Below, in pieces: positions 10,113 to 19,658 of a DNA stretch of 64,000 bases. Under the pieces are notes generated by a model that ran no database searches, was not told the DNA's origin, and was given only the letters and a program-made list of their open reading frames with translations. Positions within the stretch are counted from its first letter, which is position 1. Every line of letters begins with the position of its first letter. Made by a program: the position numbers and the translations under genes. The DNA lies in contig JBDGYA010000011.1 of NCBI GenBank assembly GCA_039584325.1, positions 26,045 to 90,044 on the forward strand. The letters are read 5' to 3'. The stretch is from Gemmatimonadota bacterium (lineage in GTDB: Bacteria; Gemmatimonadota; Gemmatimonadetes; Gemmatimonadales; GWC2-71-9).

Positions 10113-11720
10113 GTGGCCGCGTTCAAGTTGCTGAGCACTTCGGGAGAGCAAGCCCTGGAGATCACCGCCGGGCGGACCTTCGTGGTCGGCCGGGCCGTCA
10201 CCTCGGACATTCCCGTATACGACCCGACCGTCTCGCGGCGGCATGCGGAGCTCACCCTGACCGCGGAGGGGATCCGGGTGCAGGACCTCGGCTCCAGTAA
10301 CGGCACGTTTGTAAACGGAACACACGTCACCGCCTCGGTTGTCGGCGACGGTGACGTTGTGACCTTCGGCAAGGTGGCGTTCAACGTGGTCGCCGTGACG
10401 TCAGCGTCGATGCCCGCGGTGCCGCGGGAGTCGGGCGCGTTCACCATCCCCGCTCCGGAGGCGACGATCGTCAAGCAGGTGGCCGTCGGGGAGCCCACGG
10501 ATCTGGAGGAGCGGGTGGCTTCGCGGCGCAGCGGCGGCCGAGCGGCCGCGATCGGGGATTCCGCCGAGGCGGTCCACGCCGAGAAGCTGGCACTCCTACT
10601 CGAGATCTCGAAGGAGCTGTCGAAACAGCAAGACGTCGATCGGCTGCTGGAGAAGGTCGTCGACATCACGTTCAAAGTGATGAATGTGGACCGCGTCTCG
10701 ATCCTGATGCTGGAGGGTGATGCCGAGGAGCTGGTGCCGCGCATGTCTCGCAACCGGCTGGACGAGTCAGAGGGTGCGCGCGTCCCGCGCTCGATTGCCC
10801 GCCGAGCAGTGGACGAGCGACTGGCGATCCTGACCGACAACGCGGCTGCCGACGAGCGGTTCAAGGGCAAGTCCATCGTGATGCAGAGTGTCCGCAGCGC
10901 CATGTGTACGCCGCTCATGGGGAGCGACGGGCGAGTCCTGGGCATCCTCTACGTCGACAATCTCACAGCCACCAACTCGTTCGATGACGAGGACCTCGAG
11001 TTTCTGATTGCCTTCTCCGCGATCGCGGCGGTCGCGATCGAGAACAGCCGGCTTACCGAGCGCATCCGCCGCGAGGCCGTTGTGCTCTCCAACTTCCAAC
11101 GCTACTTCGCCCCCGACCTCGCCAGCCAGATCGCGGACGCAGCCGACGAGGTCCAGCTCGGTGGGACGAAGCGTCCGGTGGTGGTGTTCTTCAGCGACAT
11201 CCGGGGCTTCACGCAGATGTCCGAGTCGATGAGCCCCGACGAGATCGCGTCGCTGCTCACCGAGTACTTCACCGAGATGGTCGAGATCGTGTTCGAGCAC
11301 GGTGGCACCCTCGACAAGTTCATGGGCGACGCGATCATGGCCCTGTGGGGCGCGCCGATCAGCTACGCCGACGACGCCGACCGCGCCATGCGTGCGGCGA
11401 TTGGGCAGCAGGAGGTCCTCGCGCAACTGAACGACAAATGGGTCGGTGAAGGACGCCCGGCTATGGAGATCGGGATTGGCATCAACTTCGGCGAGGTCTT
11501 CGCCGGTAACATCGGCAGCGACCGACGGCTGGAATACACCGTGATCGGGGATGCCGTGAACACGGCCTCGCGGTTGTGCTCCAAGGCGGGCCCGGGCGAG
11601 ATTCTGCTCTCCGAACCGTTCTACAGGGCGCTCAAGGCGCCGCCGCCTGTCGAGCTCCTCGACCCGCTCCAGCTCAGGGGGAAGACGCGCGTCGTACCGG
11701 TCTACCGCGTGAATCGGTAG
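10113..11720 (+). CDS. FHA-GAF-class III adenylate/guanylate cyclase
   Basis: GTG at 10113 follows GAGGAG. FHA ('GRAVTSDIPVYDPTVSRRHAEL...GSSNGTFVNG'), a central GAF-like region, and a cyclase homology domain ('VVVFFSDIRGFT', 'DKFMGDAIMALWGAP', 'IGINFGEVFAGNIGS...YTVIGDAVNTASRL'). Confidence 0.85.
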   Translation: MAAFKLLSTSGEQALEITAGRTFVVGRAVTSDIPVYDPTVSRRHAELTLTAEGIRVQDLGSSNGTFVNGTHVTASVVGDGDVVTFGKVAFNVVAVTSASMPAVPRESGAFTIPAPEATIVKQVAVGEPTDLEERVASRRSGGRAAAIGDSAEAVHAEKLALLLEISKELSKQQDVDRLLEKVVDITFKVMNVDRVSILMLEGDAEELVPRMSRNRLDESEGARVPRSIARRAVDERLAILTDNAAADERFKGKSIVMQSVRSAMCTPLMGSDGRVLGILYVDNLTATNSFDDEDLEFLIAFSAIAAVAIENSRLTERIRREAVVLSNFQRYFAPDLASQIADAADEVQLGGTKRPVVVFFSDIRGFTQMSESMSPDEIASLLTEYFTEMVEIVFEHGGTLDKFMGDAIMALWGAPISYADDADRAMRAAIGQQEVLAQLNDKWVGEGRPAMEIGIGINFGEVFAGNIGSDRRLEYTVIGDAVNTASRLCSKAGPGEILLSEPFYRALKAPPPVELLDPLQLRGKTRVVPVYRVNR

Positions 11721-12277
11721 GGACGGCCGGCACCCTCGAGCAGCTCCACCACCAATCGGAGCGGCAAGCCCATTACGGAGAAGAAGTCGCCGTCCACCCG
11801 CTCCACGAGGACCGCACCCACCCCCTGTACCCCGTAACTTCCCGCCTTGTCGAGCGGTTCCCTCGTGGCCACGTACGATCGGATCAGCTCGGGTGAGAGC
11901 TCGCGGAACCATACACGAGTCGTGTCGTACCGGTGGCGCACCTCTCCGCCCGGCAGCGCGAGCGCCACACCGGTGACGACCCGGTGGCTGCGGCCCGACA
12001 GCAGCGCCAGCATCCGCTCGGCGTCGGCCGGGTCTTCCGGCTTGCCGAGCACCCGATCGTCGAAGGTGACCACGGTATCGGCTGCCAGCACGAGGTCGTC
12101 CGGCCGCTGGGCGAGCGCTGCGCGTGCCTTGACCTCCGCGAGCCGCACGGCCATCGCCTCCGGCTTCTCACCGGGCAGCCGCGTCTCGTCAACATCTACT
12201 GGATGGACCTCGTGCGGGATGCCGAGCATCTCGAGCAGGTGGCGCCGCCGGGGTGATGCCGAGGCGAGCACGATCAT
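11702..12277 (-). CDS. maf: Maf-like nucleoside triphosphate pyrophosphatase
   Basis: '[21 protein letters not shown]' N-terminus and 'KAGSYGVQG' motif. Its 3' end overlaps the convergent cyclase gene by 19 nt. Confidence 0.9.
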   Translation of the reverse strand: MIVLASASPRRRHLLEMLGIPHEVHPVDVDETRLPGEKPEAMAVRLAEVKARAALAQRPDDLVLAADTVVTFDDRVLGKPEDPADAERMLALLSGRSHRVVTGVALALPGGEVRHRYDTTRVWFRELSPELIRSYVATREPLDKAGSYGVQGVGAVLVERVDGDFFSVMGLPLRLVVELLEGAGRPYRFTR

Positions 12278-12711
12278 CGCTCGAGCACCAGCGTCACGGG
12301 GCCGTCGTTCACGATCGCGACCTCCATCACAGCCCCGAACGCACCGGTCTCGACTGAGAGCCCTCGTGCCCGGAAGGCCTCGACGAACTCGCGGTACAAC
12401 GGTTCGGCCTGCTCGGGGGGTGCAGCCGTCACGAAGGAGGGCCGGCGACCCTTCCGCGTATCGCCGTAGAGCGTGAACTGCGAGACGACGAGCACGGCGC
12501 CGTCAACGTCGCGGACATCCCGGTTGAGCTTGCCTGCATCGTCACCGAAGATCCTCAGGCCGGCAATCTTCTCGGCCATCCACTCGACCTGCGTCGTGCC
12601 GTCGTCCGCCGTGAAGCCGACGAGGAGAGCGAGCCCCGGCCCAATGGCCCCTATGACGATCCCGTCCACGGTGACGGAGGCGCGCGAGACCCGCTGCAGC
12701 ACTACGCGCAT
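12274..12711 (-). CDS. dtd: D-aminoacyl-tRNA deacylase
   Basis: 145 aa. '[17 protein letters not shown]' N-terminus, '[15 protein letters not shown]' and 'NDGPVT' motifs typical of Dtd. Confidence 0.93.
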   Translation of the reverse strand: MRVVLQRVSRASVTVDGIVIGAIGPGLALLVGFTADDGTTQVEWMAEKIAGLRIFGDDAGKLNRDVRDVDGAVLVVSQFTLYGDTRKGRRPSFVTAAPPEQAEPLYREFVEAFRARGLSVETGAFGAVMEVAIVNDGPVTLVLER

Positions 12712-12757
12712 GGCCGGACGAGCACCTGGGGCAGTTCCGTATCCACGGGTTCCCCGG

Positions 12758-14116
12758 TCAGAACCCCTGGAGGATCTCGGAAGCGCGAGCGACGAGCGTC
12801 TGCGCCTCGTCCTCGCTGGGCGCCTCGGCGATCAGCCGCACGATGGGTTCCGTACCCGAGGGACGGACATGGAGCCAGCGCGACTCCCATGCCAGTCTGA
12901 GGCCATCCTGCCGATCGGTCGCTGCATCAGAGAACGCCGTCGCCAAGCCGGCATACACCGGTTCGAGAGTCGCTCCGCGGGGCGCCTTGGCCTTCACGAT
13001 CGAGTAGCGCGGCGACGCGGCGACCAGCTCGCCTACCGTTTTGGCGCTGCGGCTCAGGAGCTCGAGTATCAGCGCGGCTGCGAGCGGCGCGTCACGACCG
13101 ACGTGGAGGGCGGGTAGCATGACACCCCCGTTTCCCTCACCTCCGATTACCGCGTGGGCATCTCGAAGCGCACGCGCCACGTTCGCCTCCCCGACCGGGG
13201 CTCGCGTCACCGTGACGCCGAACTCGCGCGCGGCGTCGTCCACGACCAGCGAGGTCGATAGGTTCGTGACCACTGGGCCTACCTGTCGTTCGAGGACCGC
13301 ACGGACCGCGAAGGCGAGCGTATAGTCCTCTCCAATGGCCCGGCCCGTCTCGTCCACGAGCGCCAGCCGGTCGACGTCGGGATCGACGGCGATGCCCAGG
13401 TCGCCCCGATGCTCACGCACCGCGGCGCCCAGCGTGCCGAGGTTGGCCGGCACGGGCTCCGGCGCCCGGGGGAACCGGCCGTCCGGCTCCAGATCGATGC
13501 CATCGACGCGGCAACCGAGGGCTTCGAGCAGCACCGGCATGATCGTCCCCCCCGCTCCCCGCACGCAGTCGAGGACAACATGCAGACCGCACTGCCGGAT
13601 ACGCTTGGTGTCGACGAACGGCAGCGCGAGGATCGCGTCGTGGTGCCGCCGGACGGCCTCATCGTCATGCGTGAGTGTCCCAAGACCGTCCCACTCCGCG
13701 TATGGGAGACGGCCGCCGTCCGCGATGGCGAACAGCCGGTCCGCCGCGGACCGGTCCAGGAACATGCCGTCCGCGCCGACGAACTTGAGCGCGTTCCACT
13801 CGACGGGGTTGTGGCTGGCTGTGAGGATGATGCCGCCACCCACACCATGATGCTCGACCGCGAGCTGAGCCGTGGGCGTCGGCACCATCCCGCACTCGAT
13901 GACGGACAGGCCGACAGCTCGGAGTCCCGCCCGGGCGGCGTCCGCGAACACCGGCCCCGACGTCCGGGAGTCCCTGGCCAGGACGACGGTCGTCCCGCCC
14001 TGGTCAGCCACCAGACGGCCGAACGCCGCTGCGTACCGCGCCACAACGTCCGGTGTCAAGTCGGTGCCGACGATGCCCCGGACACCGGAGACGCTGCGCA
14101 TGAGAGTGTCAGACAT
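12758..14116 (-). CDS. Phosphohexomutase (phosphoglucosamine/phosphomannomutase family)
   Basis: Active-site loop '[14 protein letters not shown]' and metal loop '[10 protein letters not shown]'. The start was trimmed to the ATG at 14116 ('[14 protein letters not shown]'); the upstream 59 codons of the track ORF look non-coding. Confidence 0.87.
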   Translation of the reverse strand: MSDTLMRSVSGVRGIVGTDLTPDVVARYAAAFGRLVADQGGTTVVLARDSRTSGPVFADAARAGLRAVGLSVIECGMVPTPTAQLAVEHHGVGGGIILTASHNPVEWNALKFVGADGMFLDRSAADRLFAIADGGRLPYAEWDGLGTLTHDDEAVRRHHDAILALPFVDTKRIRQCGLHVVLDCVRGAGGTIMPVLLEALGCRVDGIDLEPDGRFPRAPEPVPANLGTLGAAVREHRGDLGIAVDPDVDRLALVDETGRAIGEDYTLAFAVRAVLERQVGPVVTNLSTSLVVDDAAREFGVTVTRAPVGEANVARALRDAHAVIGGEGNGGVMLPALHVGRDAPLAAALILELLSRSAKTVGELVAASPRYSIVKAKAPRGATLEPVYAGLATAFSDAATDRQDGLRLAWESRWLHVRPSGTEPIVRLIAEAPSEDEAQTLVARASEILQGF

Positions 14117-14132
14117 GGCGCGAAAGCTAACG

Positions 14133-14160
14133 TTGCCGAAGCACCTTTGCCCGGTATAGG
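14133..14160 (+). promoter_or_regulatory. Candidate sigma70-type promoter for the Cys/Met PLP enzyme gene
   Basis: TTGCCG (14133-14138), a 16-nt spacer, then TATAGG (14155-14160), in the 73-nt divergent intergenic region. Pattern match only. Confidence 0.25.
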
Positions 14161-14189
14161 TTCCGTGGCCCCCTCGAACGCCAACAGCC

Positions 14190-15368
14190 ATGACACGTAC
14201 CTTCGACGACGATCTGACCACCGCTTTCGGCACCCGCGCCGTGCACGCCGGCCAACGCCCCGACGAGACGAGTGGGGCCATCATGAGCCCCATCTATCAG
14301 ACGTCCACTTACGTGCAGGACGGGCTCGGCCGCCACAAGGGCTTCGAGTACGCCCGGACCCGGAATCCGACGCGTGACGCGCTGGAGCGCAATGTGGCGG
14401 CACTGGAGGTCGCCCCCCACGGCGTCGCGTTCGCATCGGGTCTCGCCGCGACCGACGCGGTGCTCAAGCTGCTCTCCGCGGGTGACCACGTGATCTGCGG
14501 TGCGAACGTGTACGGCGGGACGCACCGCATCATGACCCAGGTGTTCGAGCGCCTCGGACTCCGCTTCACCTTCGTGGACACCCGTGACCCGGCGAACGTC
14601 GAGGCCGCGGTGACGGAAGCGACGCGCATGGTGTTCGTCGAGACGCCGACCAACCCCATGATGCACCTCACGGACCTGGCCGCCGTGGCCCAGCTCGCGC
14701 GCGGCCACGGGATCGTGTTCGTCGTCGACAACACGTTCGCCACGCCGGCGCTGCAGCAACCGATCGGGCTCGGCGCCGAGGTCGTCGTGCACTCGACGAC
14801 CAAGTACCTGAACGGTCACAGCGATATGGTGGGCGGGATGGTGCTCACCACGCGAGACGACCTGGCCGAGCGGCTGGCGTTTCTGCAAAACGCGGTCGGC
14901 GCCGTTCCGGGCCCCATGGACTGTTGGCTCGCATTGCGCGGCACGAAGACCCTGCACCTCCGCATGGAGCGGCACGACCGGAACGGCCGCCGCATCGCGG
15001 CGTGGCTCGCGGACCATTCCCTCGTGGAGCAGGTGTACTATCCCGGCTTGCCGAGTCATCCACAGCACGAGCTGGCCTGTCGGCAGATGACTGGTTTTGG
15101 CGGAATGATCTCGCTGGATGTCGGCAGTCTCGACCGCGCCCGTGCGGTTGTGGAGCGCACTCGGCTGTTTGCGCTCGCCGAGTCACTCGGAGGAGTGGAG
15201 AGCCTGATCGGACATCCGGCGTCGATGACGCATGCCAGCGTCCCCAAATCGATGCGGGAGGAGATGGGACTCACGGACGGCCTCGTCCGCCTGTCCGTGG
15301 GAATCGAGGACGTGGAGGATCTCCTCGCGGATCTCGACCACGCGCTGCAGGCAGCGAAGGTGGCGTGA
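14190..15368 (+). CDS. Cys/Met-metabolism PLP-dependent enzyme (cystathionine gamma-synthase / beta- or gamma-lyase)
   Basis: 392 aa. 'YARTRNPTRDALE' and the PLP-lysine context 'HSTTKYLNGHSD'. Family-typical length and C-terminus 'RLSVGIEDVEDLLADL'. Confidence 0.9.
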   Translation: MTRTFDDDLTTAFGTRAVHAGQRPDETSGAIMSPIYQTSTYVQDGLGRHKGFEYARTRNPTRDALERNVAALEVAPHGVAFASGLAATDAVLKLLSAGDHVICGANVYGGTHRIMTQVFERLGLRFTFVDTRDPANVEAAVTEATRMVFVETPTNPMMHLTDLAAVAQLARGHGIVFVVDNTFATPALQQPIGLGAEVVVHSTTKYLNGHSDMVGGMVLTTRDDLAERLAFLQNAVGAVPGPMDCWLALRGTKTLHLRMERHDRNGRRIAAWLADHSLVEQVYYPGLPSHPQHELACRQMTGFGGMISLDVGSLDRARAVVERTRLFALAESLGGVESLIGHPASMTHASVPKSMREEMGLTDGLVRLSVGIEDVEDLLADLDHALQAAKVA

Positions 15369-15452
15369 GTGTATGAAACCGGGGATGAGGATGTGCGTAC
15401 GGTCTAGCAGTCATCGAATCGCGCCGGGAGACCGGCATACCTGGAGGAAACC

Positions 15453-16463
15453 ATGACCGACCCTACGGGCAGCGTACCGACCGAGCGCCCTCGCAAGATC
15501 CTGTCCGACATCGCCGCAGTCTCCTGGGAGCATCCGGCGGACCGCGCAGCGCTCCAGGCGGTGCGAGCAGTTCCCGGCTTCAACGAGGCGGTTCGAAAGA
15601 TCGTCGGCTTCTTCGGAGAGCGGGGCATCCGCCTGATCTTTCAGGCCAGCGCCGTACGAGTGGGACCGACGCAGTTCCCCCACCTCCACCAGCTCATGAC
15701 CGAAGTGACGACGACGATGGACTGGCCGGAGCCACCGCCCCTCTTCGTCTCGCAGACGCCGATGGTCAATGCAGGAGCCGTGGGTGTCGATCATCCCTTC
15801 ATCGTGCTCAATTCGGGAGCGGTCAACCTGCTGGACGAGGACGAGCTGCGCGTACTCCTGGGACACGAGCTCGGTCACGTCATGAGCGGCCACACGTTAT
15901 ACCGCACGGTGACCATTCTCATCCTCGAGCTCGGATTCCGGAACCTGCCGTTCCTCGCCGGCATCGTGCTCCTGCCCATCCAGCTCGCGCTGCTCGAGTG
16001 GTATCGCAAGAGCGAGCTCTCGTCGGACCGAGCCGGGCTGTTGGCGAGCCAGGATCGGGAGGCGTCGCTGCGGGTCTTCCTCAAGCTCGCAGGCGGCGGT
16101 TCCATGAAGGACATGGACCTCGAGGCCTTCATGGTGCAGGCGCAGGAGTACGAGGAACAGGGCGGCCCCATCGACGCCATCTACAAGATCCTCAACACGC
16201 TCGGTATGACGCACCCGTTCCACACGCTGCGGGCGGCCGAGTTACAGCGCTGGATCGACACCGGGGCATACGAGAAGATCATGCAGGATGAGTACACGCA
16301 TCGGGGCGCGGAGGAAAAAGAGCGCTCGTTCGCGACGGACTTCGGTGAGGCGGCACGCCACTACGCCCACGAGGCCAAGGAGACAGTGACGAACGTAACC
16401 GATGCGGCCAAGCGGGCGGCAGCGGCGTTCACCGAGGCCCTCAAGACAAAGGACAAGGAATGA
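15453..16463 (+). CDS. M48-family zinc metallopeptidase
   Basis: HExxH 'LGHELGHVMSGH' followed by hydrophobic segments. GGAGGA lies upstream of the ATG. Confidence 0.8.
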   Translation: MTDPTGSVPTERPRKILSDIAAVSWEHPADRAALQAVRAVPGFNEAVRKIVGFFGERGIRLIFQASAVRVGPTQFPHLHQLMTEVTTTMDWPEPPPLFVSQTPMVNAGAVGVDHPFIVLNSGAVNLLDEDELRVLLGHELGHVMSGHTLYRTVTILILELGFRNLPFLAGIVLLPIQLALLEWYRKSELSSDRAGLLASQDREASLRVFLKLAGGGSMKDMDLEAFMVQAQEYEEQGGPIDAIYKILNTLGMTHPFHTLRAAELQRWIDTGAYEKIMQDEYTHRGAEEKERSFATDFGEAARHYAHEAKETVTNVTDAAKRAAAAFTEALKTKDKE

Positions 16464-17737
16464 AGGTCTTGGTCGTCGGGGGCGGCGGCCGCGAGCACGC
16501 GCTCTGCTGGGCGTTGTCGCGGTCGGGCAGCGTGTACTGCGCCCCCGGCAATCCGGGCACGTCCCAGCTGGGCACCAATCTGCCGATTGACATTGACGAC
16601 CACGGCGCGATCCTGGACGCGGTCCGTCACCATGGCATCGACCTGACCGTGGTTGGGCCGGAAGCGCCGCTTGCCGCCGGCCTGACAGACCACCTGGCGC
16701 ACCGGGGCCACCGGGTGTTCGGCCCGACCGCCGCTGCGGCCATGCTCGAGGCATCCAAGGCCTTCGCGAAGGAGATCATGGTAGCCGCCGGAGTCGCGAC
16801 CGCGGCGTCTCGGACCTTCACCAATGCGCGTGAGGCGTTGGCGTACGTTGCCAAGCACCCCGAGCCACTGGTCGTCAAGGCGTCGGGACTCGCCGCCGGC
16901 AAGGGCGCGATCGTCTGTGAGCGCCGCACCGACGCCTCACGCGCCGTGGAGGACATGTTCGCCGGTCAGTTCGGGGATGCCGGCTCCACGGTCGTGATCG
17001 AGGAGTTCCTCGCGGGCGAGGAGCTGTCGATCCTCGCGCTCACCGACGGCGAGCGTGTCATGCTGCTCCCGGCCTCGCAGGATCACAAACGCATCGGCGA
17101 GGGGGATACCGGACCGAACACCGGGGGCATGGGAGCCTACACCCCCGTCTCCATCGTCACGGACACCATGCTGGGAGAGGTGCGCGAGCGAGCTCTCTTA
17201 CCGGTCCTCCGCGAGATGGCCGAGCGTGGCACACCATATCGTGGCGTGCTGTACGCGGGTCTCATGGTGGCGGAGGACGGGTCCCTCTCCGTGCTCGAGT
17301 TCAATTGCCGGTTCGGCGATCCGGAAGCGCAGGTCGTGCTGCCAGCGGCCGACATCGACCTCGCCTCCCATATGTGGGCGATCGCCGCCGGCGAGCAGTG
17401 GTCTCCCGATAGGGTCACCGTTCCAGCCGCTACCGCCGCCGTCACCACCGTGGTTGCAGCCCAGGGCTATCCCGGACCGCCACTCAAGGGATCGCCCATC
17501 GAGCTTCCGGAGGAACTGCCGGCGGACACGCTCCTGTTCCACGCCGGCACTCGGCGGGACGACGAGGGCGTGCTGCGCACGGCGGGCGGGCGGGTACTAT
17601 GCGCCACCGGCCTCGGAACGGACGTGATCGTGGCCGCGGAGCGGAGCCGTCACCTGGCAGAAACAATCGTGTTCGAGGGACGCCAGTACCGCTGCGACAT
17701 TGCCTGGCGCGAGGCAGCCCGTGCCGGAGCTGCCTGA
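16460..17737 (+). CDS. purD: Phosphoribosylamine-glycine ligase
   Basis: 'MKVLVVGGGGREHALCWAL', the ATP-grasp core and 'GGRVL' near the C-terminus. The ATG overlaps the upstream stop (ATGA). Confidence 0.95.
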   Translation: MKVLVVGGGGREHALCWALSRSGSVYCAPGNPGTSQLGTNLPIDIDDHGAILDAVRHHGIDLTVVGPEAPLAAGLTDHLAHRGHRVFGPTAAAAMLEASKAFAKEIMVAAGVATAASRTFTNAREALAYVAKHPEPLVVKASGLAAGKGAIVCERRTDASRAVEDMFAGQFGDAGSTVVIEEFLAGEELSILALTDGERVMLLPASQDHKRIGEGDTGPNTGGMGAYTPVSIVTDTMLGEVRERALLPVLREMAERGTPYRGVLYAGLMVAEDGSLSVLEFNCRFGDPEAQVVLPAADIDLASHMWAIAAGEQWSPDRVTVPAATAAVTTVVAAQGYPGPPLKGSPIELPEELPADTLLFHAGTRRDDEGVLRTAGGRVLCATGLGTDVIVAAERSRHLAETIVFEGRQYRCDIAWREAARAGAA

Positions 17738-18557
17738 AGTAGAAACCATCGTCCGCGAGCTTCGGCCTCACCTGGTCGGACGGACGCTCCGGTACCCCCG
17801 ACTCTACCATCACGACGTCCTGCGGGGCGTGACGGCGCGCCGATTGCTGCGGGCGCTGCGCAACACGGCGGTCGTTTCAGTGGACCGACGAGCCAAGCAC
17901 GTGGTGTTTCTGCTGGACATCGGCTGCCGGATGGTCATCCAGCCGAGGATGACCGGGTCACTCCTGGTGGTCGACCACAGGCTTCGGGTGGACGAGCGAC
18001 GGTACGCCGTCCTCGAGGCGAGCATCGGCGGTGGCATGCGCTTCGTCTTCCGCGACGTCCGGCGCCTCGGAACTATCTGGCTCCTCGACGAGCCCGGGTG
18101 GTCCCGATACGACGCCAGCCTCGGCCCGGAGCCGCTCGAGCGTGGCTTCACTCCTGCCGTGTTTGCCCAGTCCCTGGGGAACACCCGCCAAGCCATCAAG
18201 AAGGTGCTCATGGACCAGCGGCGGATCGCCGGTGTCGGGAACATCTACGCCAACGAGGCTCTGTTCGAGGCGGGCATCGACCCGTCCCTCCCTGCCGATA
18301 GGCTCTCCCCCGACGCGGTGGATCGCCTGCACGGCACCGTGCGAGCCGTGCTCCGCGCGTCGATCCGCAAGCGCGGGACTACGGTGCGCGATTACCGGAC
18401 CGGCACCGGACAGACAGGGTCATACCAGAAGGCGCTGCAGGTGTACGGGCGCGGGGGCGAGCCGTGTGTCCGCTGCGGGAGCCGGCTGGCCACTACCCAC
18501 GCCATCGACGGTCGCTCCACGACGTTCTGCTGGCGCTGCCAGGGCACCGCTCCATGA
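17721..18557 (+). CDS. mutM: Formamidopyrimidine-DNA glycosylase
   Basis: GTG at 17721 gives the obligatory N-terminal 'PELPEVETI'. H2TH region, and a C-terminal zinc finger 'CVRCGSRL...FCWRCQ'. Overlaps the purD 3' end by 17 nt. Confidence 0.92.
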   Translation: MPELPEVETIVRELRPHLVGRTLRYPRLYHHDVLRGVTARRLLRALRNTAVVSVDRRAKHVVFLLDIGCRMVIQPRMTGSLLVVDHRLRVDERRYAVLEASIGGGMRFVFRDVRRLGTIWLLDEPGWSRYDASLGPEPLERGFTPAVFAQSLGNTRQAIKKVLMDQRRIAGVGNIYANEALFEAGIDPSLPADRLSPDAVDRLHGTVRAVLRASIRKRGTTVRDYRTGTGQTGSYQKALQVYGRGGEPCVRCGSRLATTHAIDGRSTTFCWRCQGTAP

Positions 18558-18653
18558 CCCTGCGTCGGTACTGCGGCAAACCCGTGCGGACCTGTTAGCT
18601 TAGACGGCGACGCACAACGACGGCCCTCCCGAATCGACGCAACACCGACACGT

Positions 18654-19658
18654 ATGCAGAAACGCACACGCCGACACCCGACGCCGCAACTGGAGTACCG
18701 CTGCAAGTGCGGCCAGGCACTGCAACGGTTCTGGCCGTTCTGTCCGGGGTGTGGCCGCGACCAGGTGTGGGAGGACGACCCTCCGATCACGGGAGCGGAA
18801 TGCTACTACTGCGGCTGGGTGGTCTCCGACGCGCACTCCTTCTGTCCGTGGTGCAGCTCGACGATCGCGGAGGATGGGGTGTCCGCCGAGGTTCCGCTCA
18901 AGGCACCGAAGGGCTTCCGGTTCGATGCCTGGTGCGACTGGGACTGCGGCGGCGGCGTGCAGTACCCGATGGCCTTCTGTCCCTGGTGCGGCGGCGAGCA
19001 GGAATGGGAGGACACACGGTTCGAGGGCGCCTGTCCGCACTGTGACCGCGGCGTGAACGACTGGATGGAAGTGTGCCCATGGTGCGGATTCGACGCCACG
19101 GGCCGGGACCTCATCGACCGGGCCCTCACACGGATCCGCCGGCTCCTGCTGGTCTCCCGCATCAAGGACTGGAGCTACCGTGTGCTGCTGCGGCCGGGCG
19201 TGTCGGGCGTGGATCCACGCACGCCCAAGATCATCGAGATCGACAGCAGTTACGTGGTCGGCGTGCAGCGCCGGGACGAGATTCCGTGGCCGCTCCTGGT
19301 CGGACTCATCTGCCATGAGCTGGGACACAGTTACCTGTATCACAATTGGCACCTCGCGCGCTCGGAGACGTTCAAGCGGGTGTTCGGAGAGGTGCACAAG
19401 GCCTACAGGGTGAGAGACGACACCTGGGTGGATTTCTACCGCAGACGGGTGAGCCTCGGGAATGCGCAACACGTTACCGCCTACGCGGCAACCCATCCGC
19501 TGGAAGACTTCGCCGAGGTGTTTCGGTTCTACCTCACGAGGCGCGGGCGCATGAAGGAGCTCCTCGCCGAGCTCGGGCGCCGGCGCAAGGACGTCCTCGT
19601 ATACGAGAAGTTCCTCTTCCTCCACCGGTTCATCCGCTCGCGGCGAGGATGGCGGTAG
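18654..19658 (+). CDS. Zinc-ribbon-rich putative zinc metallopeptidase (uncharacterised family)
   Basis: Four tandem CxxC...CPxC(G/S) zinc-ribbon units in the N-terminal ~150 aa. The C-terminal domain has 'ICHELGHSYLYH' (HExxH) and 'THPLEDFAEVF'. I recall these as typical of the 'putative zinc-binding metallopeptidase' (Peptidase_Mx-like) family. The equally long antisense ORF (18600..19667) has no motifs. Confidence 0.7.
   Translation: MQKRTRRHPTPQLEYRCKCGQALQRFWPFCPGCGRDQVWEDDPPITGAECYYCGWVVSDAHSFCPWCSSTIAEDGVSAEVPLKAPKGFRFDAWCDWDCGGGVQYPMAFCPWCGGEQEWEDTRFEGACPHCDRGVNDWMEVCPWCGFDATGRDLIDRALTRIRRLLLVSRIKDWSYRVLLRPGVSGVDPRTPKIIEIDSSYVVGVQRRDEIPWPLLVGLICHELGHSYLYHNWHLARSETFKRVFGEVHKAYRVRDDTWVDFYRRRVSLGNAQHVTAYAATHPLEDFAEVFRFYLTRRGRMKELLAELGRRRKDVLVYEKFLFLHRFIRSRRGWR

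Noticed and set aside
11702-11720. 19-nt convergent overlap of the cyclase and maf 3' ends, and the 4-nt overlap of the symporter and guaB at 31374..31377
   Set aside because: This is common in compact GC-rich genomes, and nothing further suggests antisense regulation.
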